Positions 15,021-32,126 of a DNA stretch of 64,000 nucleotides are shown in pieces. The stretch lies in assembly GCF_009914755.1 (NCBI RefSeq), contig NC_060927.1. One strand, 5' to 3'. Position numbers and translations under genes: made by a program. This DNA comes from the human T2T-CHM13v2.0 reference genome, Homo sapiens. The notes under the pieces were generated by a model. The model saw only the letters and a list, made by a program, of their open reading frames with translations, was not told the DNA's origin and did not search any database. Position 1 is the stretch's first letter; every line of letters starts with the position of its first letter.

Positions 15021-17505
15021 GATGAATAAGAAAAGGTTCCTGTGCTCAAAGAGCTTGCAATCTAATTAGAAGAATAAAAAATTTTTAAATTACAATAATA
15101 CATAAGAGAATAGAGGTTCAAATTAACAGGCTGAAATCTATTCACAGGTTTCAACAAAGTCAGTCAAATTATGTGCCTACATGTGAGGTGCATAAGTTAT
15201 GACAATACATTATGGAAGGTGCTATGATAGAATCATGAACAAAGAGCAGAAGGATCACAAAGAGGAAATGGTCAAACCTAGGGGAGTAGAGAAGGCTTAG
15301 GGTAGATATATTATTTAGCATTAGGTTGTCCCAGGAATGACAAAGACACAAAAATTAGTGACAGTTATTTTTCTTTCTTGTAAAAGTCCATATGGAAGCA
15401 TTCCGGAGCTGGTATAGAGGCCATACCATCCTCTGGACCCCAAGCTGACTGAAGCTTTCTCCTCCACCATTTCTAAGTTAGGTCCCTTGTCTTCCTGGTC
15501 CAAAATGGAGTTGTAGCCATCCCAGACATGTTTCAAGCTGCAGGAAGGAAGGGACAGGAAGGGGCAAAGATTTTACCAAGCTATTTTTGTAAAGGAAGGT
15601 TCTCTGAAGCAGTTGCTGGCATATTATTGGGCAGAAATTGGTTACATCACCATTCCTAACTTTAAGAGAAATTGTGAAATGTCATGTTTATTCAAACAGC
15701 TAGGTATCAATGTAATATCTAGGAGATCTGAAGTGACATCAAGATAGAGAATTAGAAGGTTTCCATACCTGTCTGCCCCATGGAAACAGCAAAAATAACA
15801 AATAAAGAAATAAACATCTACACTCTAATTAAAATAGTTCTAGGAGAACTTTGGAGTACAATGAAGAAATAGCAGAAACCATGTGAAGCACAAAGTAGAA
15901 AAGTGTAAGAAAATATTTTACCTGGGCTCTCATCTCCCAGAGTTTTGAGGCACCAAGAGTGATACTCTCTGAGAGATTTATCTCTTCCCTTTGTGGGAAA
16001 AAGGAGAGCAAGAAAACTCTAGCAGCCCTCATTACCATTGCAGACACCTGTAGCCTTCACCAGGAAGGACCTCACAGTCTTCACAGATGCTGAACCCACT
16101 TGATCAAGCTGCCCAAAGTCCATGCCACTGTGCTTCCCCTAGGAAAGGAGCAACCACTGCATCCCCACCCCAAGATCTGAGCTACTGTGATACTACACCA
16201 CCCATGAGGCTGGAGCTGCTGCTGTGCTGCATGCCAAACCCTAGTGCCAGTGCCAGACTTGCCAGTATGCTCCACCACCCCCAGAGTCATGCTGCTGCTG
16301 TGCCGTTTCCCCAGGGCCCGAGCAGCCCTGGTACCTCCTTGAGACCTGAGTTGCCACTGTGTCACATACCCTGGAGCCCAAGAAGCTGCAGTGTACCCCA
16401 GAGACCTGGAACCTAGCAGTATGGGCAACTGGTACATACCCAAGCCTAGTACACCAGCACCATCACTGTAGCAAGCATGTCCATGCCCCAGGACCTAGGC
16501 TCCATGTTAATTCCACATGCCCTTGTGCCCAGAACCCTGTCTCCGCAGCCATTCTGAGCACCTCTGCCCTGAAACCCAGTGTTGCTGTGGCTGCCTATGT
16601 GCCTGCATGCCAAACCTGATGTCAAGAAAGATCCCTTCAGTTAGGTCTTTGCCCCCTCAAGGTAAAAAGAAACCAAAGGGACCCCAGCAGCTTTTGACAC
16701 TGAAGTCCACAACATCCTTTGCTGCCACAGCTGGGGCTACTGTCACCACTGCAGATACCTGCAGCCTAGGCTGCTGAGAACTCTTAATATCTTTGCCAAC
16801 AGAGACTTCAGCTTATGGAGTTTTGGGGAGACTATGCCACTGTGTCCTCCCCAGAATGATAGCTGCCACACCTCATCCAGCTGATGCTCTCACATTCACC
16901 CACAGTTAAAAGACTGTTTCCACTGAAAACAGTCTATAAAGCCTAGAAGAAGTGATGGCTCCCTCAACTGTGCACACATCAATACAAGGCCTCAAGAAAC
17001 TCAAAAAGACAAGGGAACATGATGCCACCAAAGGAACACAAAAAATTTCTAGTAACCAACTCCAAAGAAATGAAGAGCTACAAAGTACCTGAAAAGGAAT
17101 TTAGGTTAATTATTTTTAAGGAAGCTCAACAAGATATAAGAGAACACAGATAGACAACTAAGTGAAATTGAGGAAAACAATACCATAACAAAATTAGTTC
17201 AACAGAGAGATGAAAATCATAAAAAAAGAACCAAACAGGAATCCTAGAACTGAGGAATACAATGATTGAAATAAAAAATGCAATAAAGAGCTTCAACAGC
17301 AGACTTGATCAAACAGAAGAATCTATGAACTCAAGCACAAGTCTTTTGAAATTATCCAGTCTCAAAAAAAAAAAAAAAGAATAAAAAAGTGAAGAAAGTC
17401 TTTAGGACTTATGGGACTCCATTAAGCAAAATAATATATGAATTATAGGGGTCCCAGAATGAGAAGAGAGAGGAAAGGAGGAAAAGCTTATTTAAAGAAA
17501 TAATC

Positions 17506-18082
17506 GGCAGCTCCCAGCCTTAACACTATCATCTTGGAAACCTCTGTGCCATGAAAACCAAGTGGAGGAAGAAGTGAATGCACAGGCTGAAGTGCAAAAG
17601 AAGAAAGATGAGGCAGAGGTGTAGGGAAAAGAAAGAGATAAAAATGGAGTTTCTTATGTCTTCCTTTTCTACATACACACAGTAACAGTCTGATCTATGT
17701 AGAAGTCTATGTAGAAAAGGAAGACATAAGAAATTCTATTTTGATCTCTCTTTCTTTTCCCTACAAGAGGTCCAAGTAATCCACTAGCTTGTGCACCCAT
17801 GGAGGCCACAGGAACAGAAACATGGAATGCTAGAGGCTGGGGATGCTAGTACAAGTTGTTGGACTTCATGCTACTGTCTAGAGCTTGTCTCAATGGATCT
17901 AGAACTTCCATTGCCATGTGATCACCAAAACTACCTTGGAGACCCACCTAGCTCATAACCAAAACAGTCCATATTGATCCTTTTCCCTGGACCTGTGGCA
18001 TTCTGAACTATTTCTGTGTTCCCTTGTGGCCAAGTGTAACAAGCATACAATAAATCACTTCTTCTGCTGTCTTAGCTGAAGA
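17506..18082 (+). pseudogene. RPL41: RPL41 processed pseudogene
   Basis: ATG 17551 reads [22 protein letters not shown][146-bp insert]SK* versus RPL41 [25 protein letters not shown]; intronless, recognisable 5' and 3' UTR, AATAAA 18049-18054, decayed A-rich tail. Confidence 0.93.
17620..17765. mobile_element. 146-bp quasi-palindromic element derived from the HERV-K LTR5A/B-type U3 end
   Basis: TGTAGGGAAAAGAAAGAGA at both ends in inverted orientation, ~60-bp arms, AGAGG TSD. Confidence 0.85.
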
Positions 18083-18220
18083 AGAAAGAAAGAAGAAAGG
18101 AAGAAAGAAAGAAAGAGAAAGAAAGAAAGAAAGAGAGAGGAAGGAAGGAAGGAAAGAAAGAAAGAGAAAGAAAAGAAAAAAGGAAAGAAAAAGAGAGGGA
18201 GGGAAGAAGGGAGGGAGAAA
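18083..18220 (+). repeat. GA-rich low-complexity tract (decayed poly(A))
   Basis: (GAAA)n/(GGAA)n mosaic. Confidence 0.9.
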
Positions 18221-18228
18221 AAATCACT

Positions 18229-18360
18229 AGCTGGGTGTTGTGGCACATGCCTGTAATCCCAGCTGCTCAGGAGTATGGGGTGGGAGGATTGCTTGAGGCC
18301 AGGAGGCTGAGACCACCCTGGGCAACATTACAAGACCCCATATCAAAAAAAGAAAAAAAA
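18229..18360 (+). mobile_element. FLAM-like Alu monomer
   Basis: Monomer with A tail; aaaaaatcact repeated at ~18218 and ~18787 as a probable TSD. Confidence 0.75.
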
Positions 18361-18465
18361 TGAATGAACAAATGAACAAAAGAAAGAGAGAGAGAGAAAG
18401 GAAGGAAGGAGGGAGGGAGCGAGGGAAGGAAGGAAAGAAGGAAGGAAGAAAAGAAGGAAGGAAGG

Positions 18466-18847
<382 letters not shown>

Positions 18848-18944
18848 TCAAAGGTTCCCATTCAGGTATAACTCAAAGAGAACTTCACCAAGACACACTA
18901 CTTAAATTGTCAAAAGCTGAAGGGAAACAAAAGAATTGAAAGCT

Positions 18945-19550
18945 AGCTGGGCATGATGGCGTGTGTCCATAGTCATAACTACATGGGAGGCTGAGGCAGG
19001 AGGATCACTTGAGCTTAGGAGTTAGAGACCAGTATGGGCAAGATAGCGAGACTCTGTCTCAAAGGAAAAAAAGAGAGGCTGAGGTGGGTGGATTGCCTGA
19101 GCTCAGGAGTTCAGGACCAGCCTGGGCAACATGGCAAAATCCCAACTCTACCAAAAATACAAAAAATTAGCCAGGTATGGTGGCATGTACATGTGGTTCC
19201 ACCTACTTGGGGGGCTGAGGTGGGTGGATTGCTTGAGCCAGGAGGCAGAGGTTGCAGTGAGCCAAGGTCATGCCACTGTACTGCAACTTGGGTAACAGAG
19301 TGAGACCCCATCATGAAAGAAAGAAGTAAAGAAAGAAAGAAAAGAAAGGAAAGGAAAGGAAAAGAAAAAACAAGAGGAGAAAATAAAAGAAAAGAAAAGA
19401 AAGAAAGAGAAAGAAAGAAAGGAAGCAGGGAGTCAGGGAGGGAGGGAAGGAAGAAAGAAAGAAAGGAGGCAGGGAGGCAGGGAGGGAGGGAAGGAAGGAA
19501 GGAAGGGAAGGAAAGAAGGAAAGAAGGAAAAGAAAGAAAATTTTGGAAAG
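18945..19550 (+). mobile_element. Alu monomer plus AluJ, followed by a long GA-rich tract
   Basis: Alu sequence 18945-19315; purine-rich tract 19316-19550. Confidence 0.8.
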
Positions 19551-22258
19551 AGAGAAAAGTGACTCTTTAAATACAGAGGAACCCACATAAGGCTATCAGT
19601 GGATTTCTCAGCAGAAACCTTGCAGGCCAGGAGAGTGGAATAATATATTTGAAGTGTTAAAAGATAAAATTTCAACCAAGAATACTTATCTAGCCAAACT
19701 GTTCTTCAGAAATGAAGGAGGGATAAAGTCTTTTTTAGAAAAACAAAAGCTGAGGGAGCTCATTACCACTAGACTTGCCTTATAAAAGGAGTTCTTCAGG
19801 CTGAAACAAAAGGAAACTAATTAGCAATATGAAAATATATGGAAGTGTAAAATTCACTGGCAAAGATAATATATAGTCACATTTGGAATACTGTAAAACT
19901 GTAATGGTGGTATGTAAATCCTTTTTAACAGTAGTACAAAGACAAAAGTATTTAGAAATAATGATATCTACAATTTTTTTAACAGATTCGCAATATGAAA
20001 AGTAAATTATAACATCAAAAACATAAAATGAGGGAATAAAGAGTAGAGTCTTTATATGTAATTGAAGTTAAGTTTTTATTAACTTAAAATAGACTGTTAT
20101 AACTATGTTTCCTGTAAGCCTTATGGTAACAATAAAGCAAAAGCCTATAGTAGATACCTAAGACATAAAGGGAATGAAATCAGAGCATATCACTAGAAAA
20201 AACAAAACGAAAACAAGCCAAAAAAACAACCAATCAAATCACAAAGGAAAATAGCAAAAGAGGAAGAAACAAAATAACTACAAGACAGTCAGAAGACAAC
20301 AAACAAGACGGCAATAGTATGCACTTACTCATCAACAATTATTTTAAATGTAAATGGATTAAATTATCTAATCAGAAGACATAAAGTGGCCGAACTGATT
20401 AAAAATAAGACCCAACTATATGCTGCCTATGAGAAACTCACTTTAGCTGTAAGGACACATAGGCTGAAAATAAAAGAATGGAAAAAGATATTTCATGAAA
20501 GCAGAAACCAAAAGAGAGCAGGGGTAGCTATACTTATAGGAGACAAAATATACATAAAGTCAAAACTGTAACGGGAGACAAAGAAGGTCTTTATGTAATG
20601 ATAAAGGGATCAATTTATCAAAAGGATATAGCAATTATAAATATATATGCACTCAACATCAGAATGCCTCAATTTATAAAGCAAATGTTAAAGAACTAAG
20701 AGAGAAATAAACAGCAATACAAGAATAGTAGGGGTATCCAATATTCCACTTTCAACAATCATTCTATCATATGATAGAAACATAAGGAAACCTTAGACTT
20801 GTACTACACATTAGACTAGAAGGACCTAAAAGACATGATTTTTATTATTTCTTTCTTTCTGTGAAATTTGGGATTAATTTTTTCTTTTTTTAGTTGCTTG
20901 AATTGTAAAGTGAGGTTATTTATTTTAGATTGATTTCAAATTATAGTACAAGGCTACAGTAATCAAAACATTATAGCACTGGTGTAAAAACAGACACATA
21001 AGCCAAGGGAAAGGAATAGTGAGTCCAGAAGTAAACTCACTCTTACATCGTCATCTAGTCTTTCAAAAAGGCACCAGGAATATATAATGGAGAAAGGATA
21101 GAATCTTTAGTAAATTATATTGGAAAAACTAGATATCTACATGAAAAGAAGGAAACAGACCTTTATATTACACCATACACAAAATCTATTCAAAATGAAT
21201 TAAAAACTTAATCATAAGACTTGAAACCATAAAAATCATACATGAAAACATAGAAGAAAAGCTTCTTCACATCGGTCTTGACAATGATTTCTTGAATATA
21301 ACACCAAAAGCATAGGCAACAAAAGCAGAAATAAATTAATGAAACTATGTCAAACTAGAAAGTTTCTTCACAGCAAAAGAAGCAATTAATAAAATGAAAA
21401 GGCAACCTATCGGATGGGAGAAAAATTTGCAAACCATGTATCTAATAGGGAGCTAACTTTCAAAATATATAAGGAACTCATACATAACTCTAAAAGTCCT
21501 AGCCAGAGCAATTACTGAGCATACAACTCAGTAGTTTAAAAAAAATTTAAAAAAGATGAAAAAAACGAGCAAAGCACCTGAATGGACATTTTTCCAAAGA
21601 AAACATACAAATGGCCAACAGATATATGAAAAGATTCTCAACATCACTAATCATCAGGAAAATGCAAAGCAAAACCACAATAAGATATCATCTCACACTC
21701 AGTAGTATGGCTATTATCAAAAAGCAAAAAAACAAGTGTTGGCAAAGATGTGGAGAAAAGAGAATCTTATGTGCCGTTGATAGGATTGTAAATTGTCACA
21801 GCCATTATGAAAGACAGTATGGAGGTTTCCCACAAATTAAAAAGAGAACTACCTTATGATCCAGCAGTCCCACTTCTGGGAATATATCCACAGAAAATAA
21901 AATCAGTATCTCAAAAAGATATGTACTGACCCATGTTCGTTGCAGCTTTATTCACAATGGCTAACTTGTGTAAACAACCTAAGTATTGGCTGATGGATGA
22001 AAGGATAAAGAAAATGTGACATTCATATACATGTATACCCCATGTTATATGTTACAGGTTTAGTTCTCAGGAAGCAGATGCTGAGACAGAGTTTAGGGTA
22101 CAAGATGTATCAGACATCATAGCTATGAAAGCAAGAGTGAGAGCAGGAATGGTCAGAGGGAGAAGTTAAACTGCAAGACAGCCCAACAAAGCTATGCTCT
22201 ACCCAGTGGGTACTCTGGAACACATACCATTGATGGGAGTGGAACTGGGCAAAAATAG

Positions 22259-22571
<313 letters not shown>

Positions 22572-22589
22572 AGTTGGTTGAGGTTTGGT

Positions 22590-24888
<2,299 letters not shown>

Positions 24889-25137
24889 TCAGTTGAGTAA
24901 GCTCTGGAAGTAGCAGATAGCTGGAGGCAGCCTACAGGGAGGAGTAAAAAGCTATTCCTTGAAGGGGAATCTGTGCAACACCCCTCTTTGTCTACCATGC
25001 TGTCAGCTTCCAGATCTCTTCTCTTTCTTTACAGTTACTCCCTAGGTGATCTTATTTTGTATTTATAAATCTAGCCTAGACCTGGGCCTTGTCAGTCCTC
25101 TGAATTCCAGATCCAGATACTCATCCAATTGCCTACA

Positions 25138-25497
<360 letters not shown>

Positions 25498-26040
25498 TAA
25501 GGGGCAACTGAAATTTAAAATGAACAAAATTGAACTCCTGGTAAACTCTTCCTCTGTCTTCCACATCTCAGTAAATATCTCAGGTCAAAAACTTGATATC
25601 ACCCTTGAGTTATTTCTTTTCTCATGTTGTGTATTCAATCCTTCATGAGACTCTGTTTTCTCTATCTTTAAGAAGTTTAGCATCTGACCTCTTCTCGCCA
25701 CTTCCATTATTCCCTCTTTATTCCAAGCACTATCATCTCTTGCTGTGATTATTGCACATGTGCTTATTTAATAGGGGTTAGGCCTTCTATTATTATTCTA
25801 TTTTAGGTCTTTCTGTCATAAATTTCATAACCATTTTGTCATATTTTAAAGAAAAATCCCCATTAGTATACGTCATTGATATTTCAGTGGGAATGATCTT
25901 AAGCCTAAGTTAAAGAGAACTGGTATTGTTACAATTAAACTTTCTACTGAGGAATATGGTATTGTTTTCATATTATTAAAACCTTCTTTTATCATGAAGT
26001 AAATGTATAATTTTCTTTATGCCACATGTTTCTCTTGTAA

Positions 26041-26471
<431 letters not shown>

Positions 26472-26669
26472 TAAAGGGGATAATTGAGTAGGCAATGGTA
26501 GCCTGTAGTCTATCTTTCTGGTGGTCTTTGATATTTAAGCCTTTGGAAAAAAATACCCTGAACATCAGTAAAATCTTCTGATTAGGTGGTATATGTAGAC
26601 CTCAGAATAAAATATAGTCATTTAAATCAGAGATTAAAACTCAGAGTCCCATGTATATGCATTTGTTTT

Positions 26670-26965
26670 TATTTTCATTTTTAATTTACTTTTTTAGAGA
26701 TAGAGCCTTGCTCTGTCATCCAGGCTAGAGTGCAGTGGTATGATCATAGCTTACTGTAACCTCAAACCCCTGGGTTCAAGCCGTCCTCCCACTTCAGCCT
26801 CCCAAGTAGCTAGGACTATAGGCACATGCCAAGATGCTGGTTAATTTCTTCTTATTGTACAGATGGGTTGCTCTGTTGCCTAGACTGCTCTCAAACGCCT
26901 GTCCTCAAGTGATCCTCCCACCCAAAGGTTCTGAGATTATGGGGGTGAGCCCCTGTGCCCAGCCT
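26670..26965 (-). mobile_element. AluJ
   Basis: Diverged Alu. Confidence 0.8.
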
Positions 26966-29469
26966 GAATTTATCAAATGGTGCATTTAAGATTTGTACAT
27001 TCCACTGTATGTATATTTTACCTAAAAAAACCCATAAATATTGAACAAAGAATGATAAGCATGCTGAAGTATTTAGAGGTATAGTGGTAAAACATACTGA
27101 TTTCTGAAACTTACTTTGAAGTACAAAAAAATAAGATGGATCAATGGATGGACAGAAGGATAAACAGATGAGTAGTATGTAATAATGCAGATACAGCAAA
27201 ATATTCATTATAGAATCTAGGTGGCGAATATATGAATAGTCACTAAATTTGATCTACTTTTTGGAATGTTTAAACTTTCACGATAAAATATTAGAAAAAA
27301 ATTCCAATTATTAACTACATCATCCATTAAAGTATGCTGGTCTTCAATAGCTGGTCGTTATGTCCATGGCTTTATCTCCAACAAAGACAGCCTCTGTCAT
27401 ACTGAGATGTGGCCAGCCATTTGTTCTCTAGCGGTGAATTAAGAACAGCTTTGATTTTCTGTTCCATTTGTTTCTATTCCAAGACCCTTATAATTAAGAC
27501 TGTTGGAAGCATGATGTCACAGCTCCCAGTGTTATCTAGTGCCAGCAAGTAGTCCCAAACATAGGCTTCAGCCTTCATGGTGGGTTGGCTTATTATTCAA
27601 ATACAAGGTTGCAAACCTACATGGTTGCATTCAAAGGATTAAATTAAAGGGCAGTGGCCTTAAATTGTGGAATGAATCACAAGCCAAACTTGTTTGATCT
27701 GTTTTCCATTTGCTCAAAGCCAAGATTCAAAATACTACTCCTGAGCCTCTGCATTGCTTTCTTTTGCTTGTAAGATGGATAATAGATAAAGCTAGGTTGA
27801 ACTAAACAGGGGAATGGCTCTGAGTTCTGAACTCCCAGATCGTTCCAAGCAGACTTTTTCCCCATGTCATCATAGTCAGTTTCCAGGGATGAGTGGGACA
27901 GTCAAGTTTTTATAACTGCTTTCCTTTAGTATTATAATCTTTTTCATTCTTCTCAAATCAAAATTCTGAATTTTCTAGTACAGCTTGCTTTTTCGTGAGT
28001 CTGCTTTTTTTAAAAAATGGATTATTTTCTGCAGCTATCTCACATAGGAGAAAAAGGTAAAGTTTTATAAAAATAACTATATATCACCTTCTCCCATCTC
28101 TCCCACAGGCCTGATACTGTGTAAAATATGTCATGGGCAGAAAATATATATTCTGAATATATATGATTTTCTTTTGTCTTACTTTTGGCTACTTCTCTGA
28201 AGTTGTAAACAAAAGGACATGCTGATCCAGTGTTTAGGACCTGCTAAAAGGTTGTGAAACTCTTTGTGACTCTAAGCCCATCTCCCACCTCCAGCCTATA
28301 GATAAGATGAGGAATGTTGGGGATAAGAATCACTTTTGGAAATAGTTATTAGAACACCATGCATTGAAATCTTTCTATCCCACCCCCAGCTTTAGTGAGA
28401 TAAGGAGCTCTAACAGACCATTTCAGAGAGCTTGCCATATCTCTGCAGGTATTTGGAGGACACAGAGACTAACTTGCTCCCAGATAAGACTAAAGATAAG
28501 AGCTGCCCCTGATAATAGAGTGAGGAGTGAAGGCTATAGTGGAAAGAGCAAGCATTTTCAGAATTCAGTGGTGGTAAAAGTCTGAGTATTTCTAGTGGAC
28601 CAGACCGGACACTGCAGTAGGTGGCCTGTGTGAGCTTTCTTAAGGCATCTTCATTCTAGAGGTCTGTCTGCCTGACAAGATGACCCTAAGAGAAACTGGC
28701 TCTGGGGTGTAGAGCCAGAAGCAGGAGCTCTGGGAACAGTTGTGGGGTCAGCTGGAGGATGCTTGCCCACATCAAGGAATTGTGTAGTGGGAGATTCTGG
28801 CAGGGAGTCTTCAAACAACTAAAACCATTGCTTCAAACCATTGCTCTTTCCTCCCTACCAAAAGAATAGTGTGTCCCAGAAGAGGCTGATCCTTCAACCT
28901 AGGTCCCAAAGTCAAGAGCACATGAAGCTGATCCACAGCTAACCTGCAGTGAACAGCAACAGTCTAGGAGAGAAGGAGCCAGCACCTGTTACAGGCCTAT
29001 ACCAATACGGCATCAGTAAACAGAGCAACTGGAGGAAGATGTAGAACAAGTAGAGGAAAGCAGACCCTCTCATCGCAAAGCTCCAAACGTAGATCTGATT
29101 GAGAGCTATGGAAGAGAGAAGGAGCTTTAAACTGAATGAGAGATTAAAGCTTGGATTTTGATAAAATTGAGCTTCTTAAGTCATGAAGATGAAACTGTGT
29201 GACAGATAGTACCTCGGAATTTAAAGAAAAACTTTTAGATCTGCATCAGATAATATCCAGAGTCAGAGAAGGGAAGAAGGGAATAACATTCATGTAGATT
29301 TGAAAGACAGTGAGAAAAATATGTCTATTTAATAATTTTACCTTACGAAATTCAGCTGGCTTATAATGATGATATATAAAGAGCATACAAAATATACATA
29401 TCCACAGGAATTTAGAGCTGAGGTGGATTTTATTCCTGCTCTCAATGAGTCGGTGTCTCTCCATGTGAA

Positions 29470-29828
29470 AGAATTATACTTATTTACCCACTGACATGAC
29501 AACTTGATTCTGTTATTTGCTTCAGTAGTATGTGTCTATATAATGAGTGGAGTGCTGGACGACACGTTCCAGCAAAAGCTTTAAGAGTCATCATATGACT
29601 TCATCATTGCTCTTTTCTCCCTACTAAAAGAATAGCATGTCCCAGACAGAGGCTGATCCTTCAAACTACGTCCCAAAGTGAAGAGCACATGAAGCTGATC
29701 CACAGCTAACCTACAGCCAACATGAAATATGAGTGAGAAATAAGTCTTTGTTGTTGCTGTGTTTGTAAGCCACTGAGATTTCGAGGGTGTTTGTTACTGC
29801 TGCACAGCTAACCTAAGCTGATTTACAT
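29470..29828 (+). mobile_element. Old MLT1 (J/K-like) LTR fragment
   Basis: 3' end gagaaataagtctttgttg...taagccactgagattt...gtttgttactgc...ctgatttaca. Confidence 0.6.
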
Positions 29829-29899
29829 AAGCAATATTTGGCAAAATTAAGATACAGGTTTATTAAAAAGTTGAATAGCAGTATAGAAATATCACAAGC

Positions 29900-30208
<309 letters not shown>

Positions 30209-31979
30209 TTACTCTAAAACACTAGCAGTATTTATCTTTGAGTGATGGGATTGTGAGTGATGTTTAAAATGTGTTCTTTTGCTTATCTGATACAGAGAGG
30301 GAAAAAATATTTTAAAATAAAAAATACAAACAAAAGGGAGGAGAAATACACATAAATTAAAGGAACAGGAAGAAAACAAGTTTTGGTGATAGCAATGACA
30401 ATGAAAAAGAAAGGATGGCACAAGAGGCTTTATAAAAGAAAACTTGAACGAACTTAGTTCACTAGCCCCTGAAACTCTCTGGGGCTTCAGAATTCATTCA
30501 CACTGAAGCAATTTTCAGTCAACAAACTGTTTAGATTATTGAAGTCAGTTACTTTCTTCATGCTTCTCAAATCCTAGTTCCATACTCTCATCCTCATTAA
30601 TACTCATTCCTTTGTTATTCTCTCTCTCATTTTTTTCTATATTACCCTCTGTAATTCTCTATTTAAATAAGCTCTTGGATTTCCTTCCCCTTATCTTACA
30701 ATCTGTTGCTCACTCCCTAAAGAACATAGCACCTTGTAGTTAATGATGCTGAACAGATATTTGTTGAATGAATGCTTCTCTGTAGTGTAACTCCACCTGA
30801 TTCCCTCCTCATAGCTCCTCAGCCTCCAACCTGTTGCTTCTCCTTCTGTGTTCCCATTCTGAGGAAATAGTACCAACACCCACCCAGCGGACCAAACTAA
30901 AACTAGAAATCTGAGAGTACTGTAGAGTCGCCATCCATCTGCCAAGTCTTATTAGTTCTGTTTCCTTCATGCATCGTAAATAAGTTTTCTTCCCTTTATC
31001 CTTTCTGCCACTACCCTAGTTTAGACTTTCCTCATTGCTCCCCTAAATTATTGCACTAGTCTTGCCTCTGCTTTTTTCTTCCTTCAGCTCTTCCATTCTT
31101 TGACCAATGTCCAGGCTGATCTTTTCAAAATGAGATTCCGATGATATTATCACACAGTTTTATTAATAAATCCTTTGAAGTGTTCCCAGAGGGTTCACTG
31201 AAAGGGAGAAAGAAAAAGACAGGAAGGTAGGAAGGAAGGAAGGAAGGAAGGGAAGAAGGAGGAAGGAAGGAAGGAAGGAGAAAAGAAAAGAAAGGCTTGT
31301 AGCATAGCATGGTGAGTAGACAAAATTCATTGTCATCAGGTCTCTGTCTCTTTATCTGCCAAACTGTGACACTCCAGGCATATTGAAAAATCCGTAGTTG
31401 TTGGAACACATCCTGCTCTCATTTGCCTCCAGCTCCCTCTGCCTGGAGTGCTCTTCTCCCATCTTCATCCTGTTGTTCTTGTGATTAAATCTTATTCCCA
31501 CTCTCCCCATCCCCAAACTCAGCTCAGACATTACCTCCTCGGTGAAGTCCCCCTTGATGAGGGTTTTCTCTACTCCCTTTGTTCTCCCAAGCCATCTCGT
31601 GTTTACTTCAACAGCACTTTGTACAATCTTGGTATCATTTAATTATTCTCGCGTCTTCTCCACTGCAATGTTTGTTCCTTGGAATCACAGATCATGTCTT
31701 GTTCATCATATGATTGGCACATAGTTAATGCACAAAAAACGTTGATGTTAACTGAATGAATAACCACATGTTCTGGTGATTGATAGACTGTGAGGACTAA
31801 ACAAAATGGAGAAGTCTAAGTTGACCAATTTTGATACTGAGAGGTTGGGAGAGTTGAAGCACTGAGAACAGAAACGGAAGTTTGGAGGCAGAGTTAGTTC
31901 AAGGAGAAGACTGATGCTTTGTCTTTATACATCATGAATTTTAACTGAAAGTATCCAAATGGAAATGACAAATATGGAC

Positions 31980-32126
31980 ATTTTATTTTTTATTAACTTT
32001 TTAAAAATAGAGACAGTTTCTCATTATGTTGTCCAGGCTGGTCTCGAACTGCTGGCCTCAAGCAATTTGCCTGCCTCAGCCTCCTAAAGTGCTGGGATTA
32101 CAGGTGTGAGCCACCATGGCTGGCTG
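31980..32126 (-). mobile_element. FLAM-like Alu monomer
   Basis: Left-monomer sequence only. Confidence 0.8.

Noticed and set aside
16081-16777. Cluster of GC-richer overlapping ORFs
   Set aside because: They lie in the 5' UTR of the old L1 and show no recognisable protein similarity.
28021-28062. Micro-exon-like ttttctgcag-22 nt-gtaaag
   Set aside because: Short, weak donor and no supporting neighbouring exons; expected by chance.
31200-31292. GGAA tracts (also at 18.1-19.5 kb) as EWS-FLI1-type enhancers
   Set aside because: Perfect runs are only about five units and are mostly decayed poly(A) tails.
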